Positions 8,371-16,640 of a DNA stretch of 64,000 nucleotides are shown here, piece by piece. Location of the stretch: IMG/VR virus record IMGVR_UViG_3300029240_000008, one strand, 5' to 3'. The position numbers were made by a program, and so were the translations under genes. Numbering within the stretch: the stretch's first letter is position 1; the number at the start of each line of letters is the position of its first letter. The notes under the pieces were generated by a model. It was not told the origin of the DNA. It saw only the letters and a program-made list of their open reading frames with translations, and searched no databases. Source of the stretch: a virus.

Positions 8371-8655
8371 TTAGAATAAATAAACTAAAAGTGTCACATA
8401 ATGTATAATTTGGTCTGCCATGTAACTTATCTTGTTGTATCGTGCCTTTAAAGGGTCAATCACTATATGCATAGTCATTACAAGGGCAAGTTTCCATGAG
8501 CACCCGAACACTATATAAAAAGGAACTGAATAAAGAAAGCAATGAACCAGTAAGTGATACCAGTTTTCTCCTTTAGTTTTTGCGATAAAATCGCTTTGAA
8601 GAACATAATCTCCGATCAAGTGGCATATTATCAGTTTATATATTATTTCTATCAT
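8371..8655 (-). CDS. DUF3307-like membrane protein
   Basis: Start moved to MIEIIYKL. HLIGDYVLQSDF motif and hydrophobic helices. Confidence 0.45.
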   Translation of the reverse strand: MIEIIYKLIICHLIGDYVLQSDFIAKTKGENWYHLLVHCFLYSVPFYIVFGCSWKLALVMTMHIVIDPLKARYNKISYMADQIIHYVTLLVYLF

Positions 8656-8729
8656 TTTTCCACACCCCAATCTAATTTCTGTCCACACTTATTGCAATAA
8701 AAATCTAATTTATTAAGTCCCTCGCTGTT

Positions 8730-8921
8730 TCAAACTGGACAGTTACCTTTTGTCGTATAGTATCTGCCGGAAAAATCAAAAATAGATTTGATATTATTTG
8801 GTTTCATTGGAATCTGCTTTTTTAATGCCTTAACTGCAACCATTCTAACTTCATGCGTACATTTACCACCATAAGCCGTGCTATCATAACTTAATTCTTT
8901 TAATGCTTCTTCTGGTTTCAT
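8730..8921 (-). CDS. hypothetical protein (63 aa)
   Basis: Start at the ATG at 8921 with GGAGGAG SD. Confidence 0.4.
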   Translation of the reverse strand: MKPEEALKELSYDSTAYGGKCTHEVRMVAVKALKKQIPMKPNNIKSIFDFSGRYYTTKGNCPV

Positions 8922-8922
8922 A

Positions 8923-9096
8923 TCACTCCTCCGCTCCAAACATTTTTCTCAAATTATGTTGATAACCTTTTACCATCTTTTCGAGGTTTTCATAACATGG
9001 CTTAAGTGTGCATTTTTCTTTATATCCATCACATTTAGTTCCGAACAGGATAACGTTTCTACATATACCATCTTGACTAGCGCAACATTTATTCAT
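8923..9096 (-). CDS. small Cys-rich protein (57 aa)
   Basis: Hand translation MNKCCASQDGICRNVILFGTKCDGYKEKCTLKPCYENLEKMVKGYQHNLRKMFGAEE. Its stop abuts the next start. Confidence 0.3.
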   Translation of the reverse strand: MNKCCASQDGICRNVILFGTKCDGYKEKCTLKPCYENLEKMVKGYQHNLRKMFGAEE

Positions 9097-9652
9097 TCTT
9101 CATCTCCTCCAACTTCTTCTCAGCTTCTTCACGGGCGAGAAATACTGTTTCTCCAATAGAATGTGCCATAACAAAACCGAACTCAGTTTCTTTTATATGG
9201 TATGATCTCTTTTCATATTCGCATGGAATATCTTCTTTACATTTCCACTTTTGATAGCTTTTACAGTCATAATCATAAATACAATCAAAAATCGTACTTA
9301 ACGTATATACTGTAGTTCCTAATGGTACTGGTAATTTCATTAATAATCCATGTTCTTCTGCTTCTTTATAAGATTTCAGTTCTTCTAACAGCTCCGCGAC
9401 ATCTTTCAGCCAATGCAGCTCCCCGTCTTCGAAGCAACATCCATAAGTGTTTTGATGATACGGGCAGCCAACCGCTTCCTTGTCGCTGATAGGATCTCTT
9501 AAATCCTCGCCGGCTCTACAGACAATACGTTTATACTCACCATCATTCATATGCATAAAATTTTCGTGGTCTGCATAGCAATCGCCTATAGTATCCTGGC
9601 TAGCAACGCATTTAAGTGCCTTTATCATATCGTCAAGTGTTAGTCTCTCCAT
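9089..9652 (-). CDS. hypothetical protein (187 aa)
   Basis: Start moved to MERLTLDD (ATG at 9652) with AGGAGG 8 nt upstream. Confidence 0.5.
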   Translation of the reverse strand: MERLTLDDMIKALKCVASQDTIGDCYADHENFMHMNDGEYKRIVCRAGEDLRDPISDKEAVGCPYHQNTYGCCFEDGELHWLKDVAELLEELKSYKEAEEHGLLMKLPVPLGTTVYTLSTIFDCIYDYDCKSYQKWKCKEDIPCEYEKRSYHIKETEFGFVMAHSIGETVFLAREEAEKKLEEMKNE

Positions 9653-9908
9653 CTGCTTCGCCTCCTGTAATTTTGCTAATACAAGTGTTCCAACCTCGAA
9701 TCCATGCAAGACTAAGCTTACTTCTCCAATATTTCTCTTCTTTCTCCTTCGGCAATGGCTTCAATGGACATCCGTGCATCAGATCGTCGAACGAATCTGC
9801 ATTAAAATTTGCACTTGCATCCTGCATCACGCACTCATCCGAGCCATTAAGGAGGGGACACTGTGCGCATGATTCTGGTGTATCTATCGCTAACACTGAT
9901 TTACGCAT
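9633..9908 (-). CDS. hypothetical Cys-containing protein (91 aa)
   Basis: ORF track. CAQCPLLNGSDEC motif. Overlapping start and stop with its neighbours. Confidence 0.4.
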   Translation of the reverse strand: MRKSVLAIDTPESCAQCPLLNGSDECVMQDASANFNADSFDDLMHGCPLKPLPKEKEEKYWRSKLSLAWIRGWNTCISKITGGEADGETNT

Positions 9909-10143
9909 TTACTTCACTTCCTCTCAGCATCAAGCTCAAAGTGTTATACCCCGGGCAAGTTCTGACTCCGTTCCTGGTATCTCTTAACAATGCGCAATAA
10001 GGATATAACGCCATGACCTCATATACGTGTTCCGTGGCATCCTCGCCACGATAGTCGATGTATTTGAAGCACTTTCCCGTTCTAAGAAAATATCTTGCAC
10101 ATACATACGCTTTTGTTCCGAATCTTACACTTGCACTACTCAT
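9901..10143 (-). CDS. hypothetical protein (80 aa)
   Basis: ORF track. Packed co-directionally in the operon. Confidence 0.4.
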   Translation of the reverse strand: MSSASVRFGTKAYVCARYFLRTGKCFKYIDYRGEDATEHVYEVMALYPYCALLRDTRNGVRTCPGYNTLSLMLRGSEVNA

Positions 10144-10437
10144 TCAACTCTCCCCATCCTTCACGATTTTGATTGCAACTTCAAACGCATCAGTTTCACC
10201 CTCGAAATACTCCGATGCTTTCTGTAATGCAGCAGTTCTTGTCTTTTTTGTTTTCAACTGCTCCACAACCTTGTCCGCATCAAAAGCTGTCGGCTGTTCT
10301 TGAACAGTTGTAATTGCAAGATGTGTAAATAAATCCATCGGAGAAACATCATTTTCCGCAGCTTTCTGCTTTTCTTTATCCCAATACCATTCGCTCATTT
10401 CTTGAATTAATTTATCAGCGTCAATTAATCTGCTCAT
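10144..10437 (-). CDS. hypothetical protein, RLIDADK paralog A (97 aa)
   Basis: SRLIDADKLI...EQPTAFDADKVVEQLK is shared with the upstream gene. Confidence 0.5.
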   Translation of the reverse strand: MSRLIDADKLIQEMSEWYWDKEKQKAAENDVSPMDLFTHLAITTVQEQPTAFDADKVVEQLKTKKTRTAALQKASEYFEGETDAFEVAIKIVKDGES

Positions 10438-10700
10438 TCAACTCCACCACCTTTCACGATTTCAATAACCCTGTCTAATGTATTTCCTACATTCTCATAA
10501 GCAATATCGAGCTTTTTATCTCCTGTGTTTGCAATTGAAAACCAATACATCGCCTTTAAATCTTTTAACTGCTTCACAACTTTGTCCAAGTCAAAAACTG
10601 TCGGCTGTTCGTCAATAACTGCACCTATTGCAAAATCCATATCCGAATTTCCAAGAGAGTCAATTATTTTGTCTGCATCAATTAAACGCATTCCCATCAT
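10434..10700 (-). CDS. hypothetical protein, RLIDADK paralog B (88 aa)
   Basis: MRLIDADKII...EQPTVFDLDKVVKQLK. ATGA overlap with paralog A. Confidence 0.5.
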   Translation of the reverse strand: MMGMRLIDADKIIDSLGNSDMDFAIGAVIDEQPTVFDLDKVVKQLKDLKAMYWFSIANTGDKKLDIAYENVGNTLDRVIEIVKGGGVE

Positions 10701-10931
10701 CCTTTCTCATCAAAATCCAAGTCAACTCTAATCAAATCTGCGCCAATTGCTGTCAATAAATCAATCAGTCTCATACTCTTCGCATTCCTCCACTTTTCAA
10801 TCATTTACTATAAAATTAGCAATGCATATCACGCATGCTATAATATTAAGTGTCATAACATCCCACTTCTGATTGATTATATTCACAACAATACATGCAG
10901 CATTTGCAATGCTTAAAACTAATGCAAATAT

Positions 10932-11090
10932 TTATTCATTATTTTCTCCCTCTGCGATATAATCTTCGCATTCCTCTGCATATTCATAACTGTCCATATC
11001 ATCACATCTGCACTGACAGGAATCCTGCTTAGTACATCAGATGCAGCACTGTGTTTCACTGTCCGGACATTCTAATTTACATCTTCCCAT
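10932..11090 (-). pseudogene. Cys-rich mini-ORF interrupted by an in-frame TGA
   Basis: MGRCKLECPDSETQCCI-TGA-CTKQDSCQCRCDDMDSYEYAEECEDYIAEGENNE. The ATG directly follows the upstream stop (TAAATG). The TGA lies at 11037-11039. Confidence 0.3.
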
Positions 11091-11420
11091 TTAGTCCTCC
11101 TTGTAATCCTCGATCGCAGATTTAAGTCCTTCATAGAAATTAATTCTTTTTCTTAGCGTGTTTAATTCATTATCGTATTTTTTAAAAAATACTTCCTTTG
11201 CTTTTTCATAATCAGGTGCATCCAGAACAACCACTTTGCTGTATTCATTAATGAAATTACCTATTGATTCTTTTCTTATAAACGAAGCGTAGACTCTGTC
11301 AGGAAATTTAGTTGCCGGTTTATATGTCTTCGGCTTTTCTGTTACTTCACATTCTTCAAGACGAAGATTCCATTCATCTGTTTTTCTGTCGCTGTCTAAA
11401 ATGTAGAAATATAATTTCAT
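11091..11420 (-). CDS. hypothetical protein (109 aa)
   Basis: ORF track. Overlapping start and stop with its neighbours. Confidence 0.5.
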   Translation of the reverse strand: MKLYFYILDSDRKTDEWNLRLEECEVTEKPKTYKPATKFPDRVYASFIRKESIGNFINEYSKVVVLDAPDYEKAKEVFFKKYDNELNTLRKRINFYEGLKSAIEDYKED

Positions 11421-11626
11421 TTTGTGTCCTCCTCATCTTTCTCAATCTCATTGCAGTTAGGTTCATAAGGCTTAGGATATACAGTATATCCGCACTTCGG
11501 ACATTTGATTTCCGGCGGATAGTATTCAACCCATTCCATATTTCCACCGCATTTTCTGCAACGGATGTATCTCTCTACTTTCCTTGGTTTTGTTTTGAAA
11601 AATGAAGTGTAATTATTGTTTTTCAT
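11417..11626 (-). CDS. zinc-ribbon protein (69 aa)
   Basis: CRKCGG...CPKCGY forms two CxxC pairs. Confidence 0.5.
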   Translation of the reverse strand: MKNNNYTSFFKTKPRKVERYIRCRKCGGNMEWVEYYPPEIKCPKCGYTVYPKPYEPNCNEIEKDEEDTK

Positions 11627-11996
11627 TTCCGTTCTCCTGCTCTTTAAATTCCATCTTCAAATCGTAGACAAACTGGCAAAGTTTCTCTGCAACCTCATCC
11701 GCATTCTCTACATTTGCAAGCTGTCTAACATACTGCTTACCGCAGATAACACAAGTCAGCTTTCTGATTGTTTCCCAGACCTGCCATGAGATAATGGTGG
11801 AATCAAAAGCATCTGCCATAAAAGAATATCTTCCATTTCCATTCTCATCTCTGAACCATTTTTCTCTTGGTACCTTTAATGTGGCTGCGACATCTTCTCT
11901 GATAAGACACCCTTTGTATTTTTCATCCATACGTTTTTCCAGTTCGTCCAGAAGTTCTTTCTTTTCCTGCTCTGTCATTACGTCCTCACTTTCCAT
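11613..11996 (-). CDS. hypothetical protein (127 aa)
   Basis: ORF track. Packed in the operon. Confidence 0.5.
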   Translation of the reverse strand: MESEDVMTEQEKKELLDELEKRMDEKYKGCLIREDVAATLKVPREKWFRDENGNGRYSFMADAFDSTIISWQVWETIRKLTCVICGKQYVRQLANVENADEVAEKLCQFVYDLKMEFKEQENGNEKQ

Positions 11997-12381
11997 ATCT
12001 TTTCAAAACTTCTACAACTGCATTAATATGTTCTGACAGTGTATCTAAATCTTCGTCTTTAATTACTCTCAGCCCACGGCTCGACTTAAAATCTTCAATG
12101 GCATATACACCATCTCTGATCTCCTTGAATTTCTTTGCCATTTCACTTTCTTTTATGGCTTCGGAATCATATTTATAAAATGTCTCACATCTATCGTGTT
12201 CTCCGAACTTGTCGGTTTCGATTTTGGTTCGTTTAGGAGTTATGCGAATGATCTTTGCCGGATACACCATGACGTGTCTAAAACTTATTCCCCATCCACA
12301 CCGTACTTCCCTTGCAACTCCAACCACATCTCCGACTTTTAAATCATCTTTATTTATCGGGTTTAATTTTGCTATTACCAT
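11986..12381 (-). CDS. hypothetical protein (131 aa)
   Basis: ORF track. Packed in the operon. Confidence 0.5.
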   Translation of the reverse strand: MVIAKLNPINKDDLKVGDVVGVAREVRCGWGISFRHVMVYPAKIIRITPKRTKIETDKFGEHDRCETFYKYDSEAIKESEMAKKFKEIRDGVYAIEDFKSSRGLRVIKDEDLDTLSEHINAVVEVLKRYGK

Positions 12382-12471
12382 CCTCTTGTTATCCTCACTT
12401 TCCTCATGTAAGCAACTGGCACGCTATTGCGCAGTCCTCCATGATTGATTTATCCAAATGCTACCTGTCCG

Positions 12472-12852
12472 TTATTCTCCGGGATTCTTTAATACAATCC
12501 CTAACTCTTCTTTAATAGCGTCTACATAATCAATCCATTCTGCCAGACCGTCATTGATGTAATCAGATGCCCGGTCAAGGCCATTTCTAAATCTCTGACA
12601 GCGTTTCTCGCCAAAACCGAAATCATCATGCAGAACGGCAATCGACAATATTACGAACGAATCCGCTATAACCTCTTTTATTTTCTCTGAAGCTTTATCA
12701 AGGTCTTTTACTGCCAGAGAGGTATGTATCCCGGTCACACCCCGGAACTTGCATTCCTGTTCGAGGGCTTCAATCCCGCCCTGTTTGACAATTCGTCTGG
12801 CAAGGTCAAGCCCGTCTTCCCTGCCTCGTTCATATTCACGCATTTTATTCAT
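12472..12852 (-). CDS. hypothetical protein (126 aa)
   Basis: Start moved to MNKMREYERG with GGAGG 9 nt upstream. Confidence 0.5.
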   Translation of the reverse strand: MNKMREYERGREDGLDLARRIVKQGGIEALEQECKFRGVTGIHTSLAVKDLDKASEKIKEVIADSFVILSIAVLHDDFGFGEKRCQRFRNGLDRASDYINDGLAEWIDYVDAIKEELGIVLKNPGE

Positions 12853-12874
12853 TGTGTTAGACCTCCGCTCTTTT

Positions 12875-13132
12875 TTAGTTTTCCCATCCAACAGCCCTCC
12901 TTATCTTCTGAGTCAGAATGTCAAATTCCATCAACATCCTGCGATCATTCTTGTTTGAGTATGCGATTGTTTGCTGTCCATCATATATGACCGCATATCT
13001 TCCGTTAATGTCATATGCCCCGCTGATTGCCTGCGATATCTGACTTCTTGTCTTTCCTGTCAATTCTGATATTTCAGCAAGCGTCAGCTCCCCGATATAT
13101 TTTGAACCGTCGTATACGTCATACAGTTTCAT
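12875..13132 (-). CDS. small putative HTH protein (85 aa)
   Basis: LTLAEISELTGKTRSQISQAI looks like a helix-turn-helix. Confidence 0.4.
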   Translation of the reverse strand: MKLYDVYDGSKYIGELTLAEISELTGKTRSQISQAISGAYDINGRYAVIYDGQQTIAYSNKNDRRMLMEFDILTQKIRRAVGWEN

Positions 13133-13376
13133 GTTTCTTTACTCCTATCAGTTCGTATGTCCTGTGCGAACCAGTTCCGTAAAATACGATCAATCCATCG
13201 TCCTCAAACTGCCTTAGATGCCTTTGAACGGCTGTCATGCTAATTTCCAGTTCATCAGATATAATTCTTGTCGGCGGTGTGCCTTTATGCGATTTTGAGT
13301 ATTTCAAAATAAAATAATAAATATCCCGGCGGTTCTGCTTCCATTCCATATGTTTCCGATGTCTAAAATTATCCAT
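13119..13376 (-). CDS. winged-helix DNA-binding protein (85 aa)
   Basis: PPTRIISDELEISMTAVQRHLRQFEDDGLIV resembles a LexA/MarR-type wHTH. Confidence 0.4.
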   Translation of the reverse strand: MDNFRHRKHMEWKQNRRDIYYFILKYSKSHKGTPPTRIISDELEISMTAVQRHLRQFEDDGLIVFYGTGSHRTYELIGVKKHETV

Positions 13377-13389
13377 TTTTACGATTCCT

Positions 13390-14223
13390 TTATAAAAAAT
13401 CTTCTATGCTTATCTGACTGTTTTCCTCAAAAACAAGCATTTCTTCTTTTGCTCTCTTAAAGAAATTTCTATCAATTTCAAAGCCGAAAGCATTTCTTCC
13501 TATTTCATGTGCAGCTCTTAACGTTGTCCCACTTCCGCAACATGGGTCTATTACTACATCTCCGGGATCAGTAAACGTTTCAATCAATCTTTTTAAAAGT
13601 TTGACTGGCTTTTGTGCCGGATGAATTTTAGGAATATCTTTTCCATCTTTCTCCCAATCGAACCAGTTAAAAACCATGTGCCCTGTACCTCTGATTGTTT
13701 TTCCGTTTTCGTCAGTCTGAACGCCGTTCCTAAACTTAGGAAGCCTGTCTCTGTAAAACAATAATGCGTATTCCGTAGCTCCAACCACACGCATATTCGC
13801 CTTTAATACTTGAGGGCTGTAATTTTTTATGAAAACAAGCGGGATATAATGTACAAAACCATGTTTTTCAGCAGCTTTAATCAATGTTTGTGTTTGTTCA
13901 AACGAGCAAAATACAATCATGCATGGAGAATTGCTACTTCTTCCTCTTGGCACAGGTGTTGTATCTTCTTTTTTTAACATTCTTGAGCAAAAGTGAAAGT
14001 ATTCATATAAGTTAAAATTAAAATCTGAATTAAAGGCAGCTTTTCCTGCTAGTTTACTTTCACCATTTTTATTATCCCCCCCTACATACCACATAGGGTT
14101 GCTCCCGTAAAAATTATTTGCTACATTATACGGAACATCAGCTATAACAAGCTGTGCTCTTGGAATTGCATATTTCTTGTAATTTTGCATTGAGTCTCTG
14201 TATATTTCGCATTTTAATTTCAT
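13390..14223 (-). CDS. DNA methyltransferase (N6-A or N4-C, beta-class motif order)
   Basis: The DPPY-like motif ADVPYN lies near the N-terminus. The AdoMet motif VIDPCCGSGTT lies near the C-terminus. No cognate restriction gene is seen. Confidence 0.8.
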   Translation of the reverse strand: MKLKCEIYRDSMQNYKKYAIPRAQLVIADVPYNVANNFYGSNPMWYVGGDNKNGESKLAGKAAFNSDFNFNLYEYFHFCSRMLKKEDTTPVPRGRSSNSPCMIVFCSFEQTQTLIKAAEKHGFVHYIPLVFIKNYSPQVLKANMRVVGATEYALLFYRDRLPKFRNGVQTDENGKTIRGTGHMVFNWFDWEKDGKDIPKIHPAQKPVKLLKRLIETFTDPGDVVIDPCCGSGTTLRAAHEIGRNAFGFEIDRNFFKRAKEEMLVFEENSQISIEDFL

Positions 14224-14280
14224 ATTTCAAAGAAGCCCGGTGCACCCTTGCGTCACATGAAGGCAAGCTCCTTTCATTTT

Positions 14281-14898
14281 TTATTCGTACGTTTTCTCAT
14301 CAATCAGGTTCTGGAACTTTTCAAAAGCCCGGATTGATACTTTGTTACCCTGCTTCTCTGGTTTCAGCGAAACTTGCAAGTGTGTGTCTATGATGTGTGA
14401 CAGCTCTCTGGCGAGGGATTTCTTGCCCTGCTTCAAACCATCGTAATAACCTTTTGCCGGTCTGTACTCATCAATCTGCTTCTTACCTGCTCCCTGAGAG
14501 CCACCAGTCTTGTTTCTGAGCTGATATCCTTGATCTGCAAGCCATCTGATATAATACTGTTCCTTTTCGTCAAGTTCTGATTCTGGACAATTAATATGCA
14601 CTACACGCCAACCATATGGATTTTTTTCTGAATATAATCCATGTTTTTTCAAGCTAAGATCAATGTGCTGTTGATGCCCTGTGCTATGTTGACATAATCT
14701 GGTAATTAGTTTCTTTGCCTGGCCTGCATACCCAAACTTAAAACCGTCTTCATCAATTCTTGTCAAAATGTAGATTCCGGGATTGTCGTTCAGATGCGGG
14801 TCAATTTTTAACCACCTCTTACGGTTCTCGGCTTCAATTGCCTTAGCTTTTACAAAATTTTTATAGTTACTATTCAAAAACTTATCACCTCGATTCAT
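14281..14898 (-). CDS. GIY-YIG domain nuclease (homing-endonuclease-like)
   Basis: GIYILTRIDEDGFKFGYAGQA (GIY...YxG), then the conserved Arg in ITRLCQH, the Glu in EKEQYYI, and LRNKT. Confidence 0.7.
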   Translation of the reverse strand: MNRGDKFLNSNYKNFVKAKAIEAENRKRWLKIDPHLNDNPGIYILTRIDEDGFKFGYAGQAKKLITRLCQHSTGHQQHIDLSLKKHGLYSEKNPYGWRVVHINCPESELDEKEQYYIRWLADQGYQLRNKTGGSQGAGKKQIDEYRPAKGYYDGLKQGKKSLARELSHIIDTHLQVSLKPEKQGNKVSIRAFEKFQNLIDEKTYE

Positions 14899-14912
14899 TT
14901 TCGGTGTGTTTT

Positions 14913-15009
14913 TGATACCATTATGATACCACCTAGATACCTATATTGCAAGATAAAAATGATACCACTTTGGTACCTGATTGACACCGACAAGCAAAAA
15001 TGCTACAAT
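14913..15009 (+). promoter_or_regulatory. promoter and TGATACCA operator repeats of the RHH gene
   Basis: TTGACA (14981-14986), 17 nt, TACAAT (15004-15009). TGATACCA occurs at 14913, 14924 and 14960, with degenerate copies TAGATACC and TGGTACC nearby. Confidence 0.55.
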
Positions 15010-15037
15010 GTTCTAAAAACAAGGGAGGGATTTCACA

Positions 15038-15189
15038 TGACCGTCAAGTCTGATAAGACCAGAACTAACATCACGTTCCCGATACAGCTTAAAGAACAGC
15101 TTGAGCAGATTGCCAAGCAGGAGAACAGGAGCTTTAATAATCTGGTCATTACTGTTCTCCAAGATTTTGTAAAAAGTGCCGATAAATAG
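15038..15189 (+). CDS. ribbon-helix-helix (CopG/Arc-type) DNA-binding protein
   Basis: Start moved to MTVKSDKTRTNITFPIQLKEQLEQIAKQENRSFNNLVITVLQDFV with GGGAGGG SD. The beta-strand then two-helix pattern is typical of RHH. Confidence 0.65.
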
Positions 15190-15205
15190 TCGGTGCTTTT
15201 TTTAT

Positions 15206-15475
15206 TTAACTGTTATTCTCTCTATCATCCTCTATAGCTTTCCCAAGGCAAGCCATAACCGGTCCTGACTCAAGTAAGCATTCTCTTTCTCTGGTATTTT
15301 TACCATCATTTGAGCGCCAATCGCCAACAATGTATAGACTTGCATTCGCACTTAAAATGTCTGTGTCCATATTCCAATATTTAATGTGGATTTCGTATGC
15401 CGCATTTGCAGAGATCACATATCTGTAAATGCCTTTGGCGACTTCTTTCCAGTCTTTTAAATTTGCTGATACCAT
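15206..15475 (-). CDS. hypothetical protein (89 aa)
   Basis: ORF track. Confidence 0.45.
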   Translation of the reverse strand: MVSANLKDWKEVAKGIYRYVISANAAYEIHIKYWNMDTDILSANASLYIVGDWRSNDGKNTRERECLLESGPVMACLGKAIEDDRENNS

Positions 15476-15477
15476 GC

Positions 15478-15879
15478 TTAATCCTCCACAAATGGTGGTT
15501 TCTCATCCTCGAAGAAACTTTCGTAATCAAACCATTCATCTTTAATGAAATTTCCAATAATTTTCACTGAATGTCCAAGCCCTTTCGTAGCAACTCTAAC
15601 ATGCTTTCCTTTCATTTCTATCAGGTCATCTACGCCAACAACGTCCATGATTCTCATAATCGCTTCAAGTCCTGCTTTTGAACCTTTAAAGTTTTCCGAG
15701 CCAAGGTAACCATGTCCTAAAACATATCCTCCGAATACAACGCCCCAGCCACCGCCAGAAAGAGCGAGGTCAAGGGTGAGTACTCCGTGATCTTTAAAAT
15801 TCAATGATACATTTGTAATTTCAGCATTTCTTAATCTGTTTCCGTCGTTAATAAGTTCTTCTTCTGTCCAAATTTTCAT
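15478..15879 (-). CDS. hypothetical protein (133 aa)
   Basis: ORF track. Gly-rich central segment. Confidence 0.5.
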   Translation of the reverse strand: MKIWTEEELINDGNRLRNAEITNVSLNFKDHGVLTLDLALSGGGWGVVFGGYVLGHGYLGSENFKGSKAGLEAIMRIMDVVGVDDLIEMKGKHVRVATKGLGHSVKIIGNFIKDEWFDYESFFEDEKPPFVED

Positions 15880-15891
15880 TTCTTTCTCCTT

Positions 15892-16639
15892 TCAAAACGG
15901 GCATAAATTCAAATCAACATCCAGTCCCGGTCTTGCGATCTGCACCAGAACATCATCCCCGGAAACGCCCTGTATCTCTTTCTGCATCACTTCCGGATTT
16001 CCCCATCCCTCTGACAGGTGGCATAGCGTTATAGTTCTGAGCGAAGCGGTCTTGTTCACTCGGATAATCTCTTTTACAGTAGATAAGCTGCTGTGCCCCC
16101 GGACGGAGTGCTCAAACTTAAACGAATCCTGCTCCGGCGATTCGTCCAGATGATTGCATTCTATAAGGAAGTGATTTATTCTCATGTTCTTGAATGTGAA
16201 CGGCAAATATGAGAAGTCTGTCGCATATATCAGCCGTCCGCATTCTTCGTGAGATATCAGGTATGCAAAGTTTGGTGTATTGTCGTGCGGGACATAGAAC
16301 GGCGTTACCCGGAATGAACCTATGTCCTTTGATTTCTTTTCTGGTAAGCCGATCATCAGCTCGCCAGAGATTGTGTTTACACTCTTAACTGTCTCGTCAT
16401 TGGTGTAAATTTGAATGCCGGCATTCAATATTTCTTTGTACGACTTCTTATGGTCGCCTTAATTAACCATGTTCATGACTTAATAAGCACCCCGAAACTT
16501 CTGATATCCTATAAGAAATTCCTTTCAGGATTTCCGAGTATCTACATCCGCAATCCATAAGCAAGATTTCGCCAGATTCAGATTTAAGTGCGTAGCAGTT
16601 TCCCGGCTGGCTACCTGTATTTATTATTTTCATGAACAT
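15892..16639 (-). pseudogene. MBL-fold metallo-hydrolase (nuclease-like) interrupted inside the HxHxDH motif
   Basis: The N-terminal piece MFMKIINTGSQPGNCYAL...LLSHEHG stops at a TAA (16463-16465). The downstream frame continues GDHKKSYKEILNAGIQIY... Removing 10 nt restores HEHGDH. See the finding for details. Confidence 0.75.
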
Positions 16640-16640
16640 T

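Noticed and set aside
11037-11039. Alternative genetic code (TGA recoding) for the phage
   Set aside because: All long genes, including terL, portal, tape measure, integrase and recT, are intact under the standard bacterial code and use TGA as a terminal stop. A single in-frame TGA in a mini-ORF does not support genome-wide recoding.
16459-16466. TTAATTAA (PacI site) as a cloning or linker artefact
   Set aside because: This cannot be excluded from sequence alone, but nothing else in the window looks engineered. I keep it as a natural interruption and list read-level verification as the first check.
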